Shown: positions 21,353 to 36,482, counted from the first letter of the stretch. The stretch: 64,000 nt of DNA from an uncultured Planctomycetaceae bacterium (GCA_963815195.1 CAWFGE010000012.1:512001-576000), one strand, 5' to 3'. Program-made: numbers and translations. Notes: generated by a model from the sequence alone, not told the origin.

Positions 21353-23446
21353 TTAGGTCATTCCCAACGCGACCAGCACCAGGTCGATCAGCTTGATCCC
21401 GACGAAGGGGATGATGAGGCCGCCCAATCCGAAAATCAGCAGGTTTCGCTGGAGCAACGCATCCGCCCCGACAGGCCGATACTGCACGCCGCGAATGGCC
21501 AAAGGGATCAGGCAGGGAATGACGATCGCATTGAAGATGACCGCCGAGAGGATGGCGCTTTGCGGCGTCGCGAGACCCATGATATTGAGCGCGGCCAATT
21601 CGGGCATGGCGATCATGAAAATCGCCGGGATGATCGCGAAGTATTTTGCCACATCGTTGGCCACGCTGAACGTGGTGAGTGCTCCGCGGGTCATCAACAT
21701 CTGTTTGCCCACGGTCACGACATCGATCAGCTTGGTCGGGTTGGAATCGAGATCGACCATGTTGCCCGCTTCCTTGGCGGCCTGCGTTCCGGTATTCATG
21801 GCCACGGCCACATCGGCCTGGGCCAAAGCCGGGGCGTCGTTGGTGCCGTCGCCCGTCATCGCGACGAGTTGTCCTCCTTCTTGATTTTTGCGAATCAATT
21901 CGAGCTTGGCTTCCGGCGTCGCTTCGGCCAGAAAGTCATCGACGCCGGCCTCGGCGGCAATCGCCGTGGCGGTCTTGGGATTGTCCCCGGTGATCATCAC
22001 GGTTTTGATTCCCATCCGCCGCAGTTCCGCAAACCGCTCCCGAATGCCGCCCTTGACGATGTCTTTCAGAAAGATTGCGCCCAGCACCCGGTCGTTTTCC
22101 GCGACCACCAACGGCGTTCCGCCGGCTTTGGCAATCGCGTCCACATGCTTTTGCACCGTTTCCGGAAACTCGCCGCCCTGATCGGTGACGAACTTCTCGA
22201 TCGCATCGGCGGAGCCTTTGCGGATTTTCCGCCCGTCCATGTCCACGCCGCTCATCCGCGTGTGGGCGCTGAAGGGGACGAACGTGGCATGGGCTGGCTC
22301 CATCTCCCGTCCGCGAATATTGAACTGTTCCTTCGCCAAGACGACGATGCTTCGCCCTTCCGCCGTCTCGTCGGCAATGGAAGCGAGTTGCGCGGCATCG
22401 GCGAGTTCCTTAACTTCCACGCCGGGCACCGGACGAAACTCGCTCGCCTGCCGGTTCCCCAGCGTGATGGTGCCGGTCTTGTCCAACAGCAGCACGCTGA
22501 CGTCGCCCGCGGCCTCCACCGCCCGTCCCGACATGGCCATCACGTTTTTCTGGCTCAGCCGCGCCATTCCCGCAATCCCGATGGCGGCGAGCAACGCCCC
22601 GATCGTCGTCGGGATCAGACACACCAACAGCGCGACCAACGTGGGCACATCAATCGTGACATCGAAATACGTCGCAATGGGATACAGTCCCACGCAGACC
22701 ATCAAAAATACCAGCGTCAATCCGGCGAGGACGACCGTGAGCGCGATTTCATTGGGTGTCTTCTGGCGTTTCGCTGCTTCGACCATCGAGATCATCCGAT
22801 CGAGAAAACTCTCGCCGGGCCGGGCGGTGATGCGAATGATCAATTGGTCGGACAAGACGCGGGTTCCGCCGGTGACCGAAGAGCGGTCTCCGCCGCTCTC
22901 GCGGATGACCGGCGCGCTTTCGCCCGTGATGGCGCTTTCATCGACCGACGCCACGCCGCTCACCACTTCCCCGTCAGCTGGAATCACATGACCGGCCTGC
23001 ACAAGAACCAAATCACCCGCCCGCAACATGGAAGCGGGAACCCACTCGCCGCCGACTCCACGACTGTCAATGACTCGGCAGGCCTTCACGTCTTTCCGGG
23101 TTTTCCGTAATGAATCCGCCTGCGCCCGGCCCCGCGCTTCGGCCACGGCCTCGGCGAAATTGGCAAACCAAACGGTCAACCACAGCCAAATCGAGACGGC
23201 CAGAAAATATCCCACACCTTCGCGGCCGGAAACGGCCGCGGAGAGCGTGACGAGCGTCGTCAACCCGGCGCCCAACTCGGCGACAAACATGACCGGATTG
23301 CGAGCCATTGTCCGAGGGTTCAGCATCTTCACGGCCTGCCCCATCGAGGGCACCAGCATGTCCATCGTGAAAAGCGACTTCGATTTCTCTCTGCGAAAAC
23401 GCGAATGCTCGGCCGAGCCGGCGATGGAATTTGGTTCCGAGGACAT
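21353..23446 (-). CDS. kdpB: K+-transporting ATPase subunit B
   Basis: [28 protein letters not shown]. Confidence 0.98.
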   Translation of the reverse strand: MSSEPNSIAGSAEHSRFRREKSKSLFTMDMLVPSMGQAVKMLNPRTMARNPVMFVAELGAGLTTLVTLSAAVSGREGVGYFLAVSIWLWLTVWFANFAEAVAEARGRAQADSLRKTRKDVKACRVIDSRGVGGEWVPASMLRAGDLVLVQAGHVIPADGEVVSGVASVDESAITGESAPVIRESGGDRSSVTGGTRVLSDQLIIRITARPGESFLDRMISMVEAAKRQKTPNEIALTVVLAGLTLVFLMVCVGLYPIATYFDVTIDVPTLVALLVCLIPTTIGALLAAIGIAGMARLSQKNVMAMSGRAVEAAGDVSVLLLDKTGTITLGNRQASEFRPVPGVEVKELADAAQLASIADETAEGRSIVVLAKEQFNIRGREMEPAHATFVPFSAHTRMSGVDMDGRKIRKGSADAIEKFVTDQGGEFPETVQKHVDAIAKAGGTPLVVAENDRVLGAIFLKDIVKGGIRERFAELRRMGIKTVMITGDNPKTATAIAAEAGVDDFLAEATPEAKLELIRKNQEGGQLVAMTGDGTNDAPALAQADVAVAMNTGTQAAKEAGNMVDLDSNPTKLIDVVTVGKQMLMTRGALTTFSVANDVAKYFAIIPAIFMIAMPELAALNIMGLATPQSAILSAVIFNAIVIPCLIPLAIRGVQYRPVGADALLQRNLLIFGLGGLIIPFVGIKLIDLVLVALGMT

Positions 23447-23467
23447 TTCAAATTGATCCTTTACGGT

Positions 23468-24287
23468 TTATTTGGTAGGAATCGGGGGCATTCCCGGATT
23501 GGGTTCACTCGATTCCAGGTTGATTTCCTTGAGCACATTCTCAAAGCGACCCCAGGACACTGCTTTGGCGGGAACCGGAGTCGAACGCTTGTCGATCGCC
23601 AGATCGAGGAGATAACTGGTTTCTTCATGCGTCGTGTTCCGGCCCGCCTGTTGCAGCGCCGCGATCTTCTCTTGCTCGGCGAGAAACTGTTGTGCTAACT
23701 CCATCAACGTCAGGATCCGCGCCCCATCGGAACCGTGCTCGACTTTCACGTCGCGGCAGGCGGGCCACGTTTCAAAGAGGGCCAAATCACGTCGCGAAAT
23801 TAACAGGATCGTAATGGGCTGGTGCATCGCCAGACCCGCCGGTTCGCAGCAGGGGGCCATCACATATTGGTCCCGCTCGAATCCGCCGGCCTGGACGCGG
23901 TCGCAGACGAAGTTCATCAACGTTTCCAAAAGGTAAGATCCTTCGGCTCCCTCCATCGAGATCAGCGTGTGGCGCGGCGTCACATTCAGCGCGCGATTGA
24001 GCAACTCCTCGGCCAGGTAGCCGTTGGGGACGACGTGATTGATCTGAGCCTGTCCCAGCGAGCGAAGCCGCAACGTCGCCGGCCGTTCCTTTCCATCCGG
24101 ACCGACGGCCCTCTCCACGATGTGATGCTCGATGACGACCGTGTCGCGCATCCCCCGTCAGGATGTTCTTGTACTCGCGGTGACGCTTCCAGCGTCCCCA
24201 GAGCCAGGCCATCATCGCTCCAAAGACGATTCCCGAAAGGCCGCTCGCTGTGCGTCCCGCGAAATCGAACAGGATGTCGTTTGACAT
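23468..24287 (-). CDS. hypothetical membrane-anchored protein between kdpA and kdpB (frameshift near 24150)
   Basis: N-terminal TM segment of ORF 23787-24287 joins ORF 23468-24151 at ILTGDA/RDTVVIEHH. Confidence 0.65.
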
Positions 24288-24305
24288 GGTTTCCGACCTC
24301 GAAGC

Positions 24306-26045
24306 TTATTGGGCAATACTCAGATGCTCGGCAATGGGTCCCAGCATGGCCAGCGGAAGGAACAGCAAGGCCCCGACGATCAAAATCGTTCCGAGCAACA
24401 CCACGCCGAACAACAGCGTGTCCGTTCGGAAGGTTCCGGCGGATTCAGGCGTCGCCCGCTTGGCGGCCAAAGAACCCACGATCGCCAAGGGAGCGATGAT
24501 CGGAATAAACCGGCCCAATAGCATGATCACTCCAGTCGCGATGTTCCAGGGTACGGTGTTGTCTCCGAGTCCCTCGAATCCCGACCCGTTGTTGGCCGCC
24601 GCCGAACTGAACTCGTAGATGATTTCACTCAAGCCGTGGCTGCCGGGATTGTGCAAAGTTTCTCTGCCCCACGAAGTCGAGGCGAACACCGCCGTGCCCC
24701 CCACGATGAACAGCGGATGAGCCAGCAGGGCCACGAGGGCCAACTTCATTTCTCGCGTTTCCAGCTTGCGCGTGAGATACTCCGGGGTGCGGCCGACCAT
24801 CATTCCCGCGAGGAACACCGCCGTGACCACGAACAAAAACATATTGATCAGCCCGACGCCCACGCCGCCAAAAACGACGTTCAGCCACATCCCGGTCATC
24901 GGCAAGAGTCCCGTAAGCGGATTGAGGCTGTCGTGCATGGCATCCACGCTGCCGTTGCTGGTCGAAGTCGTCGAGGCGGCCCACGTCGCCCCCGCGGTCG
25001 CACCGAACCGAAGCTCCTTCCCTTCGAGGTTCATCGACTCCTCCACGGGCAAGTCCGCCAAAGCCGCGGCCGGTTGGCTTTCCAACACGCACGCCGACGC
25101 AACAAAGGCCAGATAGAGCGTGAGCATCACGCCAAAAACGACGCCGGCATGCCGGAGCCGGTTGGTCATCCGCCCGAACATCCACACCGTCGCCATCGGA
25201 ATGAGAATGATCGCCATGTTGCACAACACGTTCGACCAGAATGTGGGGTTCTCGAAGGGATGCGCGCAGTTCGGCCCGAAGAACCCGCCGCCGTTGGTGC
25301 CGAGTTGTTTGATCGCCACAAAAGCCGCCACCGGCCCGCGGGCGATCGTCTGCATCGTCCCTTCCAACGTCTTGGCGACCGCGGCCCCATTCAGCGTCAT
25401 GGGCATGCCGCACACCACGAAGAGCGAAGCCGTCACCAGCGCCAGCGGCAACAAAATCAATCCCGTGGCCCGCCAAACATCCTGGAAGAAATTCCCCAAT
25501 TCCGTGCGGCCGGCGAGTCCGCGGCTGAGCGCTGTGACAGCGGCGATGCCCGTCGCCGCGCTGACGAATTGCAGCCACATCAACGCAAAGAGCTGCGAGA
25601 AGTAGCTCAGGGAAACTTCCCCGGAATAATGCTGCAAGTTCGTGTTGCTCGTGAAACTGGCCGACGTGTTGAACGCCAGGCTCGGCTCCATGGCGTCTTT
25701 TCCATCCGGATTGAGCGGCAGCCACTGCTGGGTCGTCAACACGACATACACGAAGACGAACATCACCAGGTTAAAGCTGAGCATCGACAGGCAATACGGC
25801 TTCCAGTTCTGCGAACGGGCGGCGTGGCGGCCGAGCACCGCCTCACAAAACCGCTCATAGCGCAGACGCCATGGGAAACTATATCGTTGCTCTCTCGAGG
25901 TTCGCCCTTCCAGGAGGGGTTCAAATTTCCGCGGTTCTGGGGCAGAATTTTCCGGGTCCATCGCCCACCGCATGTACCGGCCCAACGGCCAAGCCAGTGC
26001 CATCGTCGCCCCGATGATGATCGCGGGGATGAGAAATCCGACCAT
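24306..26045 (-). CDS. kdpA: K+-transporting ATPase subunit A
   Basis: SFTSNTNLQHYSGE, IKQLGTNGGGFF, GRTPEYL, SAAANNGSGF. Confidence 0.98.
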   Translation of the reverse strand: MVGFLIPAIIIGATMALAWPLGRYMRWAMDPENSAPEPRKFEPLLEGRTSREQRYSFPWRLRYERFCEAVLGRHAARSQNWKPYCLSMLSFNLVMFVFVYVVLTTQQWLPLNPDGKDAMEPSLAFNTSASFTSNTNLQHYSGEVSLSYFSQLFALMWLQFVSAATGIAAVTALSRGLAGRTELGNFFQDVWRATGLILLPLALVTASLFVVCGMPMTLNGAAVAKTLEGTMQTIARGPVAAFVAIKQLGTNGGGFFGPNCAHPFENPTFWSNVLCNMAIILIPMATVWMFGRMTNRLRHAGVVFGVMLTLYLAFVASACVLESQPAAALADLPVEESMNLEGKELRFGATAGATWAASTTSTSNGSVDAMHDSLNPLTGLLPMTGMWLNVVFGGVGVGLINMFLFVVTAVFLAGMMVGRTPEYLTRKLETREMKLALVALLAHPLFIVGGTAVFASTSWGRETLHNPGSHGLSEIIYEFSSAAANNGSGFEGLGDNTVPWNIATGVIMLLGRFIPIIAPLAIVGSLAAKRATPESAGTFRTDTLLFGVVLLGTILIVGALLFLPLAMLGPIAEHLSIAQ

Positions 26046-26067
26046 CGTATTGATCCTTGTTGTCGAT

Positions 26068-26160
26068 TTAGAATTTGTCCGGTTTGAGCATGACGTAGCA
26101 CAGATAACCGAAGGCGAATACCGTCGTCACAATCACGCAGCTATTGACGAACGCGTCCAT
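26068..26160 (-). CDS. kdpF: K+-transporting ATPase subunit F (30 aa)
   Basis: MDAFVNSCVIVTTVFAFGYLCYVMLKPDKF with GGAGA RBS, directly upstream of kdpA; absent from the ORF track. Confidence 0.9.
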   Translation of the reverse strand: MDAFVNSCVIVTTVFAFGYLCYVMLKPDKF

Positions 26161-26344
26161 CCCATTCTCCTTACAGCCGCTCGCAGGCGAACACAAAACC
26201 ATACAGCAACACAAACGTCGCAATTCCAAGAAGCAACATCAGAATCCACATCACCTAAGTCCTCCGCTAAACTCTGAAAGTGGCGTTTAATGAATCGAAA
26301 TCTCTGCGTCATTTCCCCGAATTGTAAATCGACCCGTATCAAAT

Positions 26345-26560
26345 AGGTGTCAAAACTCGGCTCAAGGGGATCAAAAAGCTGTCAAGCTCTCGACTTTGCA
26401 AGTGCGCCCCATCCCCTAAACGACCGCCAAGGCCCCCGCGAAGAACGCGCCTCCCGCCGCCAGCCACAAAATGTTCCCCATGGTTCATCCCGGAATTGAA
26501 CCAGATTCCGCATCAAAAGGGTGTAAAAAGAACGGGCGGGGACATCAAAAATTCGTAAAG
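26345..26560 (-). promoter_or_regulatory. putative KdpE-binding direct repeats
   Basis: Minus strand TTTTTACACCCTTTTGATG (~26511-26529) and TTGACAGCTTTTTGATCCCCTTGAGCCGAGTTTTGACACC (~26346-26385). Confidence 0.45.
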
Positions 26561-26680
26561 GTGCCTGATCGCCGCCGGATTCTGCCCCGAGTGCGAGCGT
26601 CGGCTCCCGCACCAAGGCTTGCCGCACGGAATGCATTACCCGGAGCGCTGCCCCGATGCCCGCGTCGGTTTGGCGAGACG

Positions 26681-26821
26681 CTTGCGGTTGGCGAGACGAT
26701 TGAAGTGGAACTCTCCGTTACGGCGGACCAGGCATACGAATATCTCGCCTTTGAAGATCCGAAACCCGCCGGCGGCGAACCGCTCCAACTGCGAAGCGGT
26801 TACACGTGGGGCGACGGCTGA
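26681..26821 (+). pseudogene. fragment resembling the C-terminal region of a bacterial alpha-2-macroglobulin
   Basis: LAVGETIEVELSVTADQAYEYLAFEDPKPAGGEPLQLRSGY; no start and no rest of gene. Confidence 0.55.
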
Positions 26822-26980
26822 TGCGCGAGGAAATGCAACTCCGGGGATCCGCGATGGAAAGAGACAGCGACGGAGCTTCCCGCAGGACCATCAGATGATC
26901 CTTGGCTCCCCCAACGCTATGCCAGAATCGTTCTCCCAAGATCATCCGTTTCGATTGCTAATCACAAAACCCAACACGTC

Positions 26981-28145
26981 TCAAAAGTCTCGCCGGACGA
27001 ATAGCCAACAGGCGCATGCTAATAGGACACATTCGAAGCCGAGCGATGTGCCGATGATGTACCACGGCGACCGGTTTCTGTAGTCTTCCTGAAGTCGTTT
27101 TTGGGCTTCCATGCCGGGGTTGCCCTGCCCTTGGTTTTGGGATTCGAGACGCTGCTGCCGCCGGGGGCCGCCTTGCATGAGGCTGGTCAGGCTGTGTTTT
27201 TCGTCGTTTGTCATCCAGCGGTCCAACAGACCAATCGTTTGGCTCGTCTTGGGGACAACCGCCAGGATCCCATTGACGCCTTTATGCCATGCCGCGAGGG
27301 AATCCAAACGGCTCCGGGCCGCCTCGCGCCGGCGTTTGGCTTCTTTCAATTGAAGGTCGAATTCCTGCCGCTGCCGCTCGAGTTCCTGCTTTCGGATTTT
27401 CTCGTCGTCCTCGGCCGGTTGGCCCTCTTCGTCGATTGGCATTGGCAAAGGATCGCGGGTGAAATTTGGGAAGCGGGGCGTTGGCGGCGATTTCGCTCTG
27501 GAGCTTTAACACATTCAAAACGGACTCGGTTTGCTGGACGCTATAAATCATGAACCAGAACAAAATCGTCATCAAGATCGAGGCCAATGAGGAGCGGGTT
27601 ATCACGTTCATCAGCACGTTGAAGCCATAGAGATAACTAAAGAAAACCAAAACCAGCGGGATGGCCGAGAAGATCGACCAATTCCATTGACCGATTCGCC
27701 ACCCCACACACAGAAACACGCCAAGGGAAAACACGCCGACTTGCAGCAAAACGAATAGCAGTCCGCCCAGGTATTTCACGAAAAACAGTTTGACCCGGCT
27801 CAAAGGTTTGGCCAACACGAGGTCGATCGACCCGTCCGCCATGAAATCCACGAAGATGGGAGCCGTCGAAATCAACGCGAGGATCGTCGCCGCCCACGTC
27901 AGCCAAAAGCCGACAATAAACTGGGAGAAGATCCCCAAGTACAGACCCACGGCCCAGGGACTTCCGGCTCGGATATAGTCATCTTCGAAATGGGTCATGC
28001 CAAATAAGAAAAACCACCCGGTGTCATCGAATCCAATCGAGGCGTAAGCCAGCACGACGACCCCGGAGATAATGAGTGAGATCCAAAACAACTTGCGACT
28101 CAGCACCAAACGGTACGAGTCGACCAGAATAGCCCAGGTTTGCAT
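26981..28145 (-). CDS. ABC-2 type transporter permease (frameshift near 27450)
   Basis: GSIDLVLAKPLSRVKLFFVKYLGG; C-terminal SPWYIIGTSLGFECVLLACACWLFVRRDF in second frame. Confidence 0.85.
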
Positions 28146-29143
28146 CAGTTGTTTTCTCCCTTCGAAACGCGATTGACCGCCGCACCGGGCGTGGTGGACT
28201 TGCCCTCTGACTCCTCGACCGCCTGCATGAACAAATCTTCGAGCGACTGCCGCACCGGGCGAAGCGATTCGACGACCGCACCGGCGCGTCGCAAGGCGTC
28301 GATCACCGGTTGGATGGCGGCGGTGTCATCGTTGGGCACGATGATTTCCGCAGACGCCTCGCGCTCTTCCAACTTGCCCTCGACTTTGTTCAACAAGTCT
28401 CTTAGCGAGGCGTCCTCTGGAAGCTTTGAGGCGAGCTTGATCTCATACCGCTTACTGGCCTGGGTCAATTCATCAATCGTGCCCTGGGCGACGACTTCGC
28501 CTTTGGAGAGAATCGCCACCCGATCGCAGACCAACTCCAACTCGCTGAGCAGGTGGCTGTTGATAAAGACCGTTTTGCCTTGTTCCTTTAAGCCGATCAG
28601 AATTTTACGGATGTCACGTCGCCCCAGAGGATCGACGCCATCGGTGGGTTCATCGAGCAGCACCAAATCCGGGTCGTTCATCAAAGCCTGAGCGAGTCCC
28701 GTTCGTTGTTTCATCCCCTTGGAATACGTCTTGATGCGTTTGGAACGCCAATCGATCATTCCCACTTGTTGAAGCAGTTTTTCGGCCCGTTCGCGACGAT
28801 CCCTGCGCGGCACGTTGGACAACGCGGCATAAAAGTCAAGGGCCTGATCCCCCGTGAGATAATCGGGGAACTGCAAGTGTTCGGGGAGGAACCCCACCCT
28901 CCGTAGCGACTCGCGGTGCCCCACGGGATGGCCGAGCACTTTCCCGTCGCAATAAGTTGGGCGGACGATGGTCATCAAGATCTTGACGAGGGTACTCTTG
29001 CCCGCCCCGTTGGGCCCCAACAGTCCAAAGATCTCCCCACGGCGGACCCGCATGGAAATGCCCCGCAGTGCCCGGACTTTGCCGGGATACGTTTTCGACA
29101 CGTCCTGAATGTCGATAACCCAGTCGTCGTTCGTCGTGGCCAT
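28145..29143 (-). CDS. ABC transporter ATP-binding protein
   Basis: GPNGAGKS, YSKGMKQR, LLDEP. Confidence 0.95.
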   Translation of the reverse strand: MATTNDDWVIDIQDVSKTYPGKVRALRGISMRVRRGEIFGLLGPNGAGKSTLVKILMTIVRPTYCDGKVLGHPVGHRESLRRVGFLPEHLQFPDYLTGDQALDFYAALSNVPRRDRRERAEKLLQQVGMIDWRSKRIKTYSKGMKQRTGLAQALMNDPDLVLLDEPTDGVDPLGRRDIRKILIGLKEQGKTVFINSHLLSELELVCDRVAILSKGEVVAQGTIDELTQASKRYEIKLASKLPEDASLRDLLNKVEGKLEEREASAEIIVPNDDTAAIQPVIDALRRAGAVVESLRPVRQSLEDLFMQAVEESEGKSTTPGAAVNRVSKGENN

Positions 29144-29612
29144 GCGGGTTCCTTTCAGAACTTTGGAAGGACGGTTGTCGCGAATATCATCGGATAATCG
29201 TGCGTCGATCTCCATCATACGGTGGGCCATTACCAACCCCCAAACGATATTTGCCGGCCGGTGGATTAAACTTTTCAGAAAAAGTCCAACTCAAAAATCA
29301 ACACAGGGAACCCTTTCATTTCATGCGTGATTATTCGGCCATTTGCCATGACACCACCTGGCAAAACGGCTACAGAGGACAGGCCAAAAAACAGGAGCGC
29401 CGCACTGGCCGTACCAGGAGCCTGGGCGCCAGGAGGGACAGACGCCATCAGGGATTCCCGTGTTTCGGGCTTCGGATGCGATGGCCCTCCTCGCGAATCG
29501 CGTGCATCGTCTGAAAGAAAGGTGTATTCTGTATCGAAATTGACGCCCGACTCCTGACGGCAAACAATTCCGAAGACGAGCAGAATGTTATCGAGACGCA
29601 GGATCGTTCCGC

Positions 29613-29912
29613 ATGGATCAACCGGACTCCGATCGGATTTGTCCGATTTGCCGGCATGAGTATGCCCCTTCGGAATTGACGAAGCATCATTTGGTGCCCA
29701 GAAGCCGGAAGGGGAAGATCACCGTGCCCTTGTGCCGGCCCTGCCATTCTCAAATCCATGCGATCTATACGGAGAAGGAACTCGAAGAGCACTTCGGCAC
29801 GCTGGAATCGCTGCTCGCGGCCGAGGGTTTGCAGCCGTGGATTCGCTGGATCAGAAAACGCAAGCCGACCGCGCACGTCAAAACCAAAACCAGCCGCCGC
29901 AAACGCCGGTAG
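29613..29912 (+). CDS. small HNH endonuclease-like protein
   Basis: CPIC..LTKHHLVPRS..LCRPCHSQIH. Confidence 0.8.
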   Translation: MDQPDSDRICPICRHEYAPSELTKHHLVPRSRKGKITVPLCRPCHSQIHAIYTEKELEEHFGTLESLLAAEGLQPWIRWIRKRKPTAHVKTKTSRRKRR

Positions 29913-29917
29913 GCGAA

Positions 29918-30699
29918 TCATTTGCCGGGCGGAAAAACATCGTTTGACAGGTGGGTCTCGAGCATTTCCCGAAACAGGCGGACGGCGGTTTCGCAGATTT
30001 CGGCCGTTCGGTTCCCGTCCCGGCAGGCGGCGGAGCGGATGGCGACGATCTCCGGGGCGAGCGGCTTCAAGCGGGGAACATCGGTCTTTCGCAAACCCCC
30101 GGCCAACGCCAACGCCAAACCCGCCTGATGAACCGCGCTGGCGATCTGCTCGAGTTCCTGGGAAGGCAGCACCTCCACCAGCGATCGGCCGTCTTTGTGG
30201 AACGTATCCAACAGCACGGCCCCGCACTGGTGCTCCGCCGCGGCTGTGAGGATTTCCTCCGGCGGGGGCGATTGGGCCTTAATCCAGTCGGCATAAATCA
30301 CCGCCACCCACGCCGGCGGGTTCGGATGAACCTCGGCCAATCGTTCGCGAAAGCTCCGCCAGGCGCGGGGCCAGCTTTTATCCCGGCGCACCCCGAAAGT
30401 CCCAATTTCACGAAAGCCGTTTCCGCAGGCAGACGGGGAACGGTTTGTGGGTTGTTCCAATCCGAGAGTTCGCCGAGGGCGCAGCCTAGGGGAACCGAGG
30501 CATGAAGGGACCGAACGGCAGCGGCGATTTCGGCCATCGTTCGGTCGTCCGCTTTGCCCAAGGAACCCCGGCGGGGGTCTTTGATGTCGAGGATGTCCGC
30601 GCCGCCCGCGATTGCGGCCGGGACTTCCGCGGCACGAACCACGCTGACCAACAACAACGGTCCGGTCCCGATGGGTGGAGGGAGCATGTCACCGGCCAT
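29918..30699 (-). CDS. mfnB: (5-formylfuran-3-yl)methyl phosphate synthase, UPF0264 (frameshift near 30390)
   Basis: LLVSV..AIAGGADILDIKDPRRGSLG; VAVIYAD; LLDTFHKDG; ALAGGL; IVAIRSAAC. Confidence 0.85.
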
Positions 30700-31492
30700 C
30701 CATCTTGCGGGGCGTGATGCGGAGCGTCTCGGCGGAGAGCGTTTGGGGATCGATGTCTGGCCGGCTGCCCCGGAACACCGCCGCGTGCGGCACGACGAAC
30801 ATCATCGCGACCTTGATCTCGTCCCGCCGCTCGTTGACGCCGCTCTGAAACAAAAACAGCGTGAAGTCGGCTTTTGCATTTGTTTGGGGCAGGGTCGCTT
30901 CAAACGTCGCGGAGGCGTAGGGCAAGCCGTAACCGGACCAATTCTCGGAAGTCCATTTGCTTTCGACGGGGAGTTCGGAAAGTCCGGGGAGTTCCGCGAG
31001 CACATCCTCGACCAGGGTTTGATGAAACGCCCTCGCGGATTTCCGGGAAACAGACCACAGTTGCTGATTGCTCATCACGAACAAATACGCCGGCTGGGGC
31101 GGCGAATGGCCCTCGCCGGGCAGGCGGGCCTCCCACATCCCGAGCACGCCCGGCAGCGGAACGCCCAACGCGTCGCGGGACGGTTCGTGCCCCGCGGCGC
31201 GGCTCTTGGGAAAGGGGCTCTTCACCAGATGAAACGGGTTAGGCACCTGGAGCGAGACGCCTTGCGCCTCCCAGACCTCCGGGCTCAAGTTTTGTTGGAG
31301 GCGTTCGTAATAGGCGAACTCGGCCGCGGTGGCTTTCAGCCGCTCGATGTACGTTCCGTGATCGCCGCCTTCAACCGCCGACGCCTCGGAGGAATTCGAG
31401 GAACACCCCGCCGCAGCGCATGCCAGAAGCAAACACGCCGCGCCGAGGGTGCGATTTAGTCGTCGCCCGATTCTCCGAAGATTTCCAACCAT
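30689..31492 (-). CDS. hypothetical lipoprotein
   Basis: LLACAAAGC lipobox-like signal. Confidence 0.6.
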   Translation of the reverse strand: MVGNLRRIGRRLNRTLGAACLLLACAAAGCSSNSSEASAVEGGDHGTYIERLKATAAEFAYYERLQQNLSPEVWEAQGVSLQVPNPFHLVKSPFPKSRAAGHEPSRDALGVPLPGVLGMWEARLPGEGHSPPQPAYLFVMSNQQLWSVSRKSARAFHQTLVEDVLAELPGLSELPVESKWTSENWSGYGLPYASATFEATLPQTNAKADFTLFLFQSGVNERRDEIKVAMMFVVPHAAVFRGSRPDIDPQTLSAETLRITPRKMDGR

Positions 31493-31983
31493 TCGGCCGT
31501 CTCTGCGTCTGTGATTTCGCCGGAAAACTTGGCCTTCCAATCCCGCGAACTCGGAGGAGGAGCTTGTTTTGATTCCCGCTCTTCCAGTTCCTTCACGAAT
31601 TCCTCGCTGCGGACAAACCGGCCCCGCCGTCGGCGGGCGGCGATCTGCAACCGCCGATCGCTCGAGACCACGCGAATCTGCCGCGGCGCGGAATGGGCCG
31701 CGATCATATGTTCGATCCGCGTGTCGGCGTCGGCTTCCTTCTGGGCATAAACGACGTGCATGTGTTGGTGGTCATATTGGGACAGGGCGTCTGAGGGAGC
31801 CTCGTCGCCGGCGTCGAACACGATCGTCGTCCGCGGGCGTTCCTCAGCGGTCAATCGGCCCGCCAATTGATTGAGGAACCGCTCGCGGAGCCGTTCGAGG
31901 TCGCCCGGCCCATACCGCTGCCGAGCCAATCCCCAGGCATGCATCAAGTTGTATCCGTCGATGATGAGGAACGATTTTGGCAT
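31456..31983 (-). CDS. NYN domain (YacP-like) protein
   Basis: LIIDGYNL, IVFDA, ADADTRIE, VVSSDR. Confidence 0.9.
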   Translation of the reverse strand: MPKSFLIIDGYNLMHAWGLARQRYGPGDLERLRERFLNQLAGRLTAEERPRTTIVFDAGDEAPSDALSQYDHQHMHVVYAQKEADADTRIEHMIAAHSAPRQIRVVSSDRRLQIAARRRRGRFVRSEEFVKELEERESKQAPPPSSRDWKAKFSGEITDAETAEWLEIFGESGDD

Positions 31984-32131
31984 GACGCATCGTTCGCCCG
32001 TCTCATTCTCGGTTTTGCGCGACTTTTGGAATGCAGGGCGAGCGGGAGGTGTCAGCCTCCCGGTTTTGTCGAGTTTTGGGTTGATCCGCGTGACCGGAGG
32101 GCTTTCGCCCTCCGCGCGCCTTCTTGATCCT

Positions 32132-35479
<3,348 letters not shown>

Positions 35480-35596
35480 GTTAGGTTCCTTGGTTTCGCT
35501 GGCGATGCGCCCGCTTCCTCATGAGGCCGGCTCGCGTCCGACGGCAGCGCTCGGGTTTCTCGAAATTTGGATGGATTCGCGATGGGAAACGCCAAA

Positions 35597-36010
35597 TTAT
35601 CGGGTGAGGCTGGGGACCTCCACCTCGGCGGCTTCTTCCGGGGTTTCAATAATCTGGAGCTTGGGATTCTTCTCTTGGATGGCCTGGAGGCCCTGTTCCG
35701 ACAACTTCGACTTCTTTTGCTCGGCCTCCCACCCAGCCAGCTTCGCTTCGTAATGCTGCCGCTCGAGCGCGCCGTAGATGTATTCATAAAAGAACGGCAT
35801 CATAAAGAACGTGCCGGCAAACAGCACCAGCCCGATCTTGAAGGCGTATTCCTTCAGCCTGAGTCCCCGGGCAATCAGCACCCCCAAACCGTAGGGCACC
35901 AGAAACACTCCGATCGCGAGCAACAGCTTAATCCCGTTGGGAACGATCTCTTCGACGGCTTCGGCTTCCGTGGCCGCCCAGACCGCCCAATGGCCAAGAT
36001 GAGGAATCAT
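35597..36010 (-). CDS. 2-TM membrane protein, possibly the detached N-terminus of SecD
   Basis: VFLVPYGLGVLIARGLRLKEYAFKIGLVLF; lies between yajC and secDF. Confidence 0.6.
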   Translation of the reverse strand: MIPHLGHWAVWAATEAEAVEEIVPNGIKLLLAIGVFLVPYGLGVLIARGLRLKEYAFKIGLVLFAGTFFMMPFFYEYIYGALERQHYEAKLAGWEAEQKKSKLSEQGLQAIQEKNPKLQIIETPEEAAEVEVPSLTR

Positions 36011-36071
36011 CGAGTCCCTTCCTGCAAGGTATTCAAGTGAAATTCGAGAATCAATGGGATTATCCGGCGCG

Positions 36072-36482
36072 CTATTTCGATTCCGCCGGGGGCGGTTCGG
36101 GCTTGGCTTCTTGGGCGCCTTTGCCGTCTTTCGCGTCGGGTTTCGGAATCACCATCACGCTCCGCATTTGCACGCGGAGCTTGGTGTTGTCGTCGACCTT
36201 GATGGTCACTTCGTTTTTCTCAGGTGAGACATTGGCGACCGTGCCGATGATCCCGCCCGCCGTGACCACCGGATCGTTTTTCTTCAAGGTGGTTTTGAGG
36301 GCGTCAATGTGCTTTTGCTCCCGCTTTTGCGGGTTGGGAACAAACAGCCACTGAAACAGCAGCAGGATGATCAAAAATGGCAGCATGGTGAGAATCAAAT
36401 CGCCGATTCCCATCCCCCCCTGTCCGCCCTTGGGAGCTTCTTCCGCGAGTAACGCCAACCAATAAAAAGACATAGACATCAA
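36072..36482 (-). CDS. yajC: preprotein translocase subunit YajC
   Basis: LKKNDPVVTAGGIIGTV; tgt-yajC-secD synteny. Confidence 0.92.
   Translation of the reverse strand: MMSMSFYWLALLAEEAPKGGQGGMGIGDLILTMLPFLIILLLFQWLFVPNPQKREQKHIDALKTTLKKNDPVVTAGGIIGTVANVSPEKNEVTIKVDDNTKLRVQMRSVMVIPKPDAKDGKGAQEAKPEPPPAESK

Noticed and set aside
29918..30699. mfnB as evidence of archaeal gene transfer or methanogenesis
   Set aside because: Methanofuran/H4MPT-linked C1 genes are an established feature of Planctomycetota
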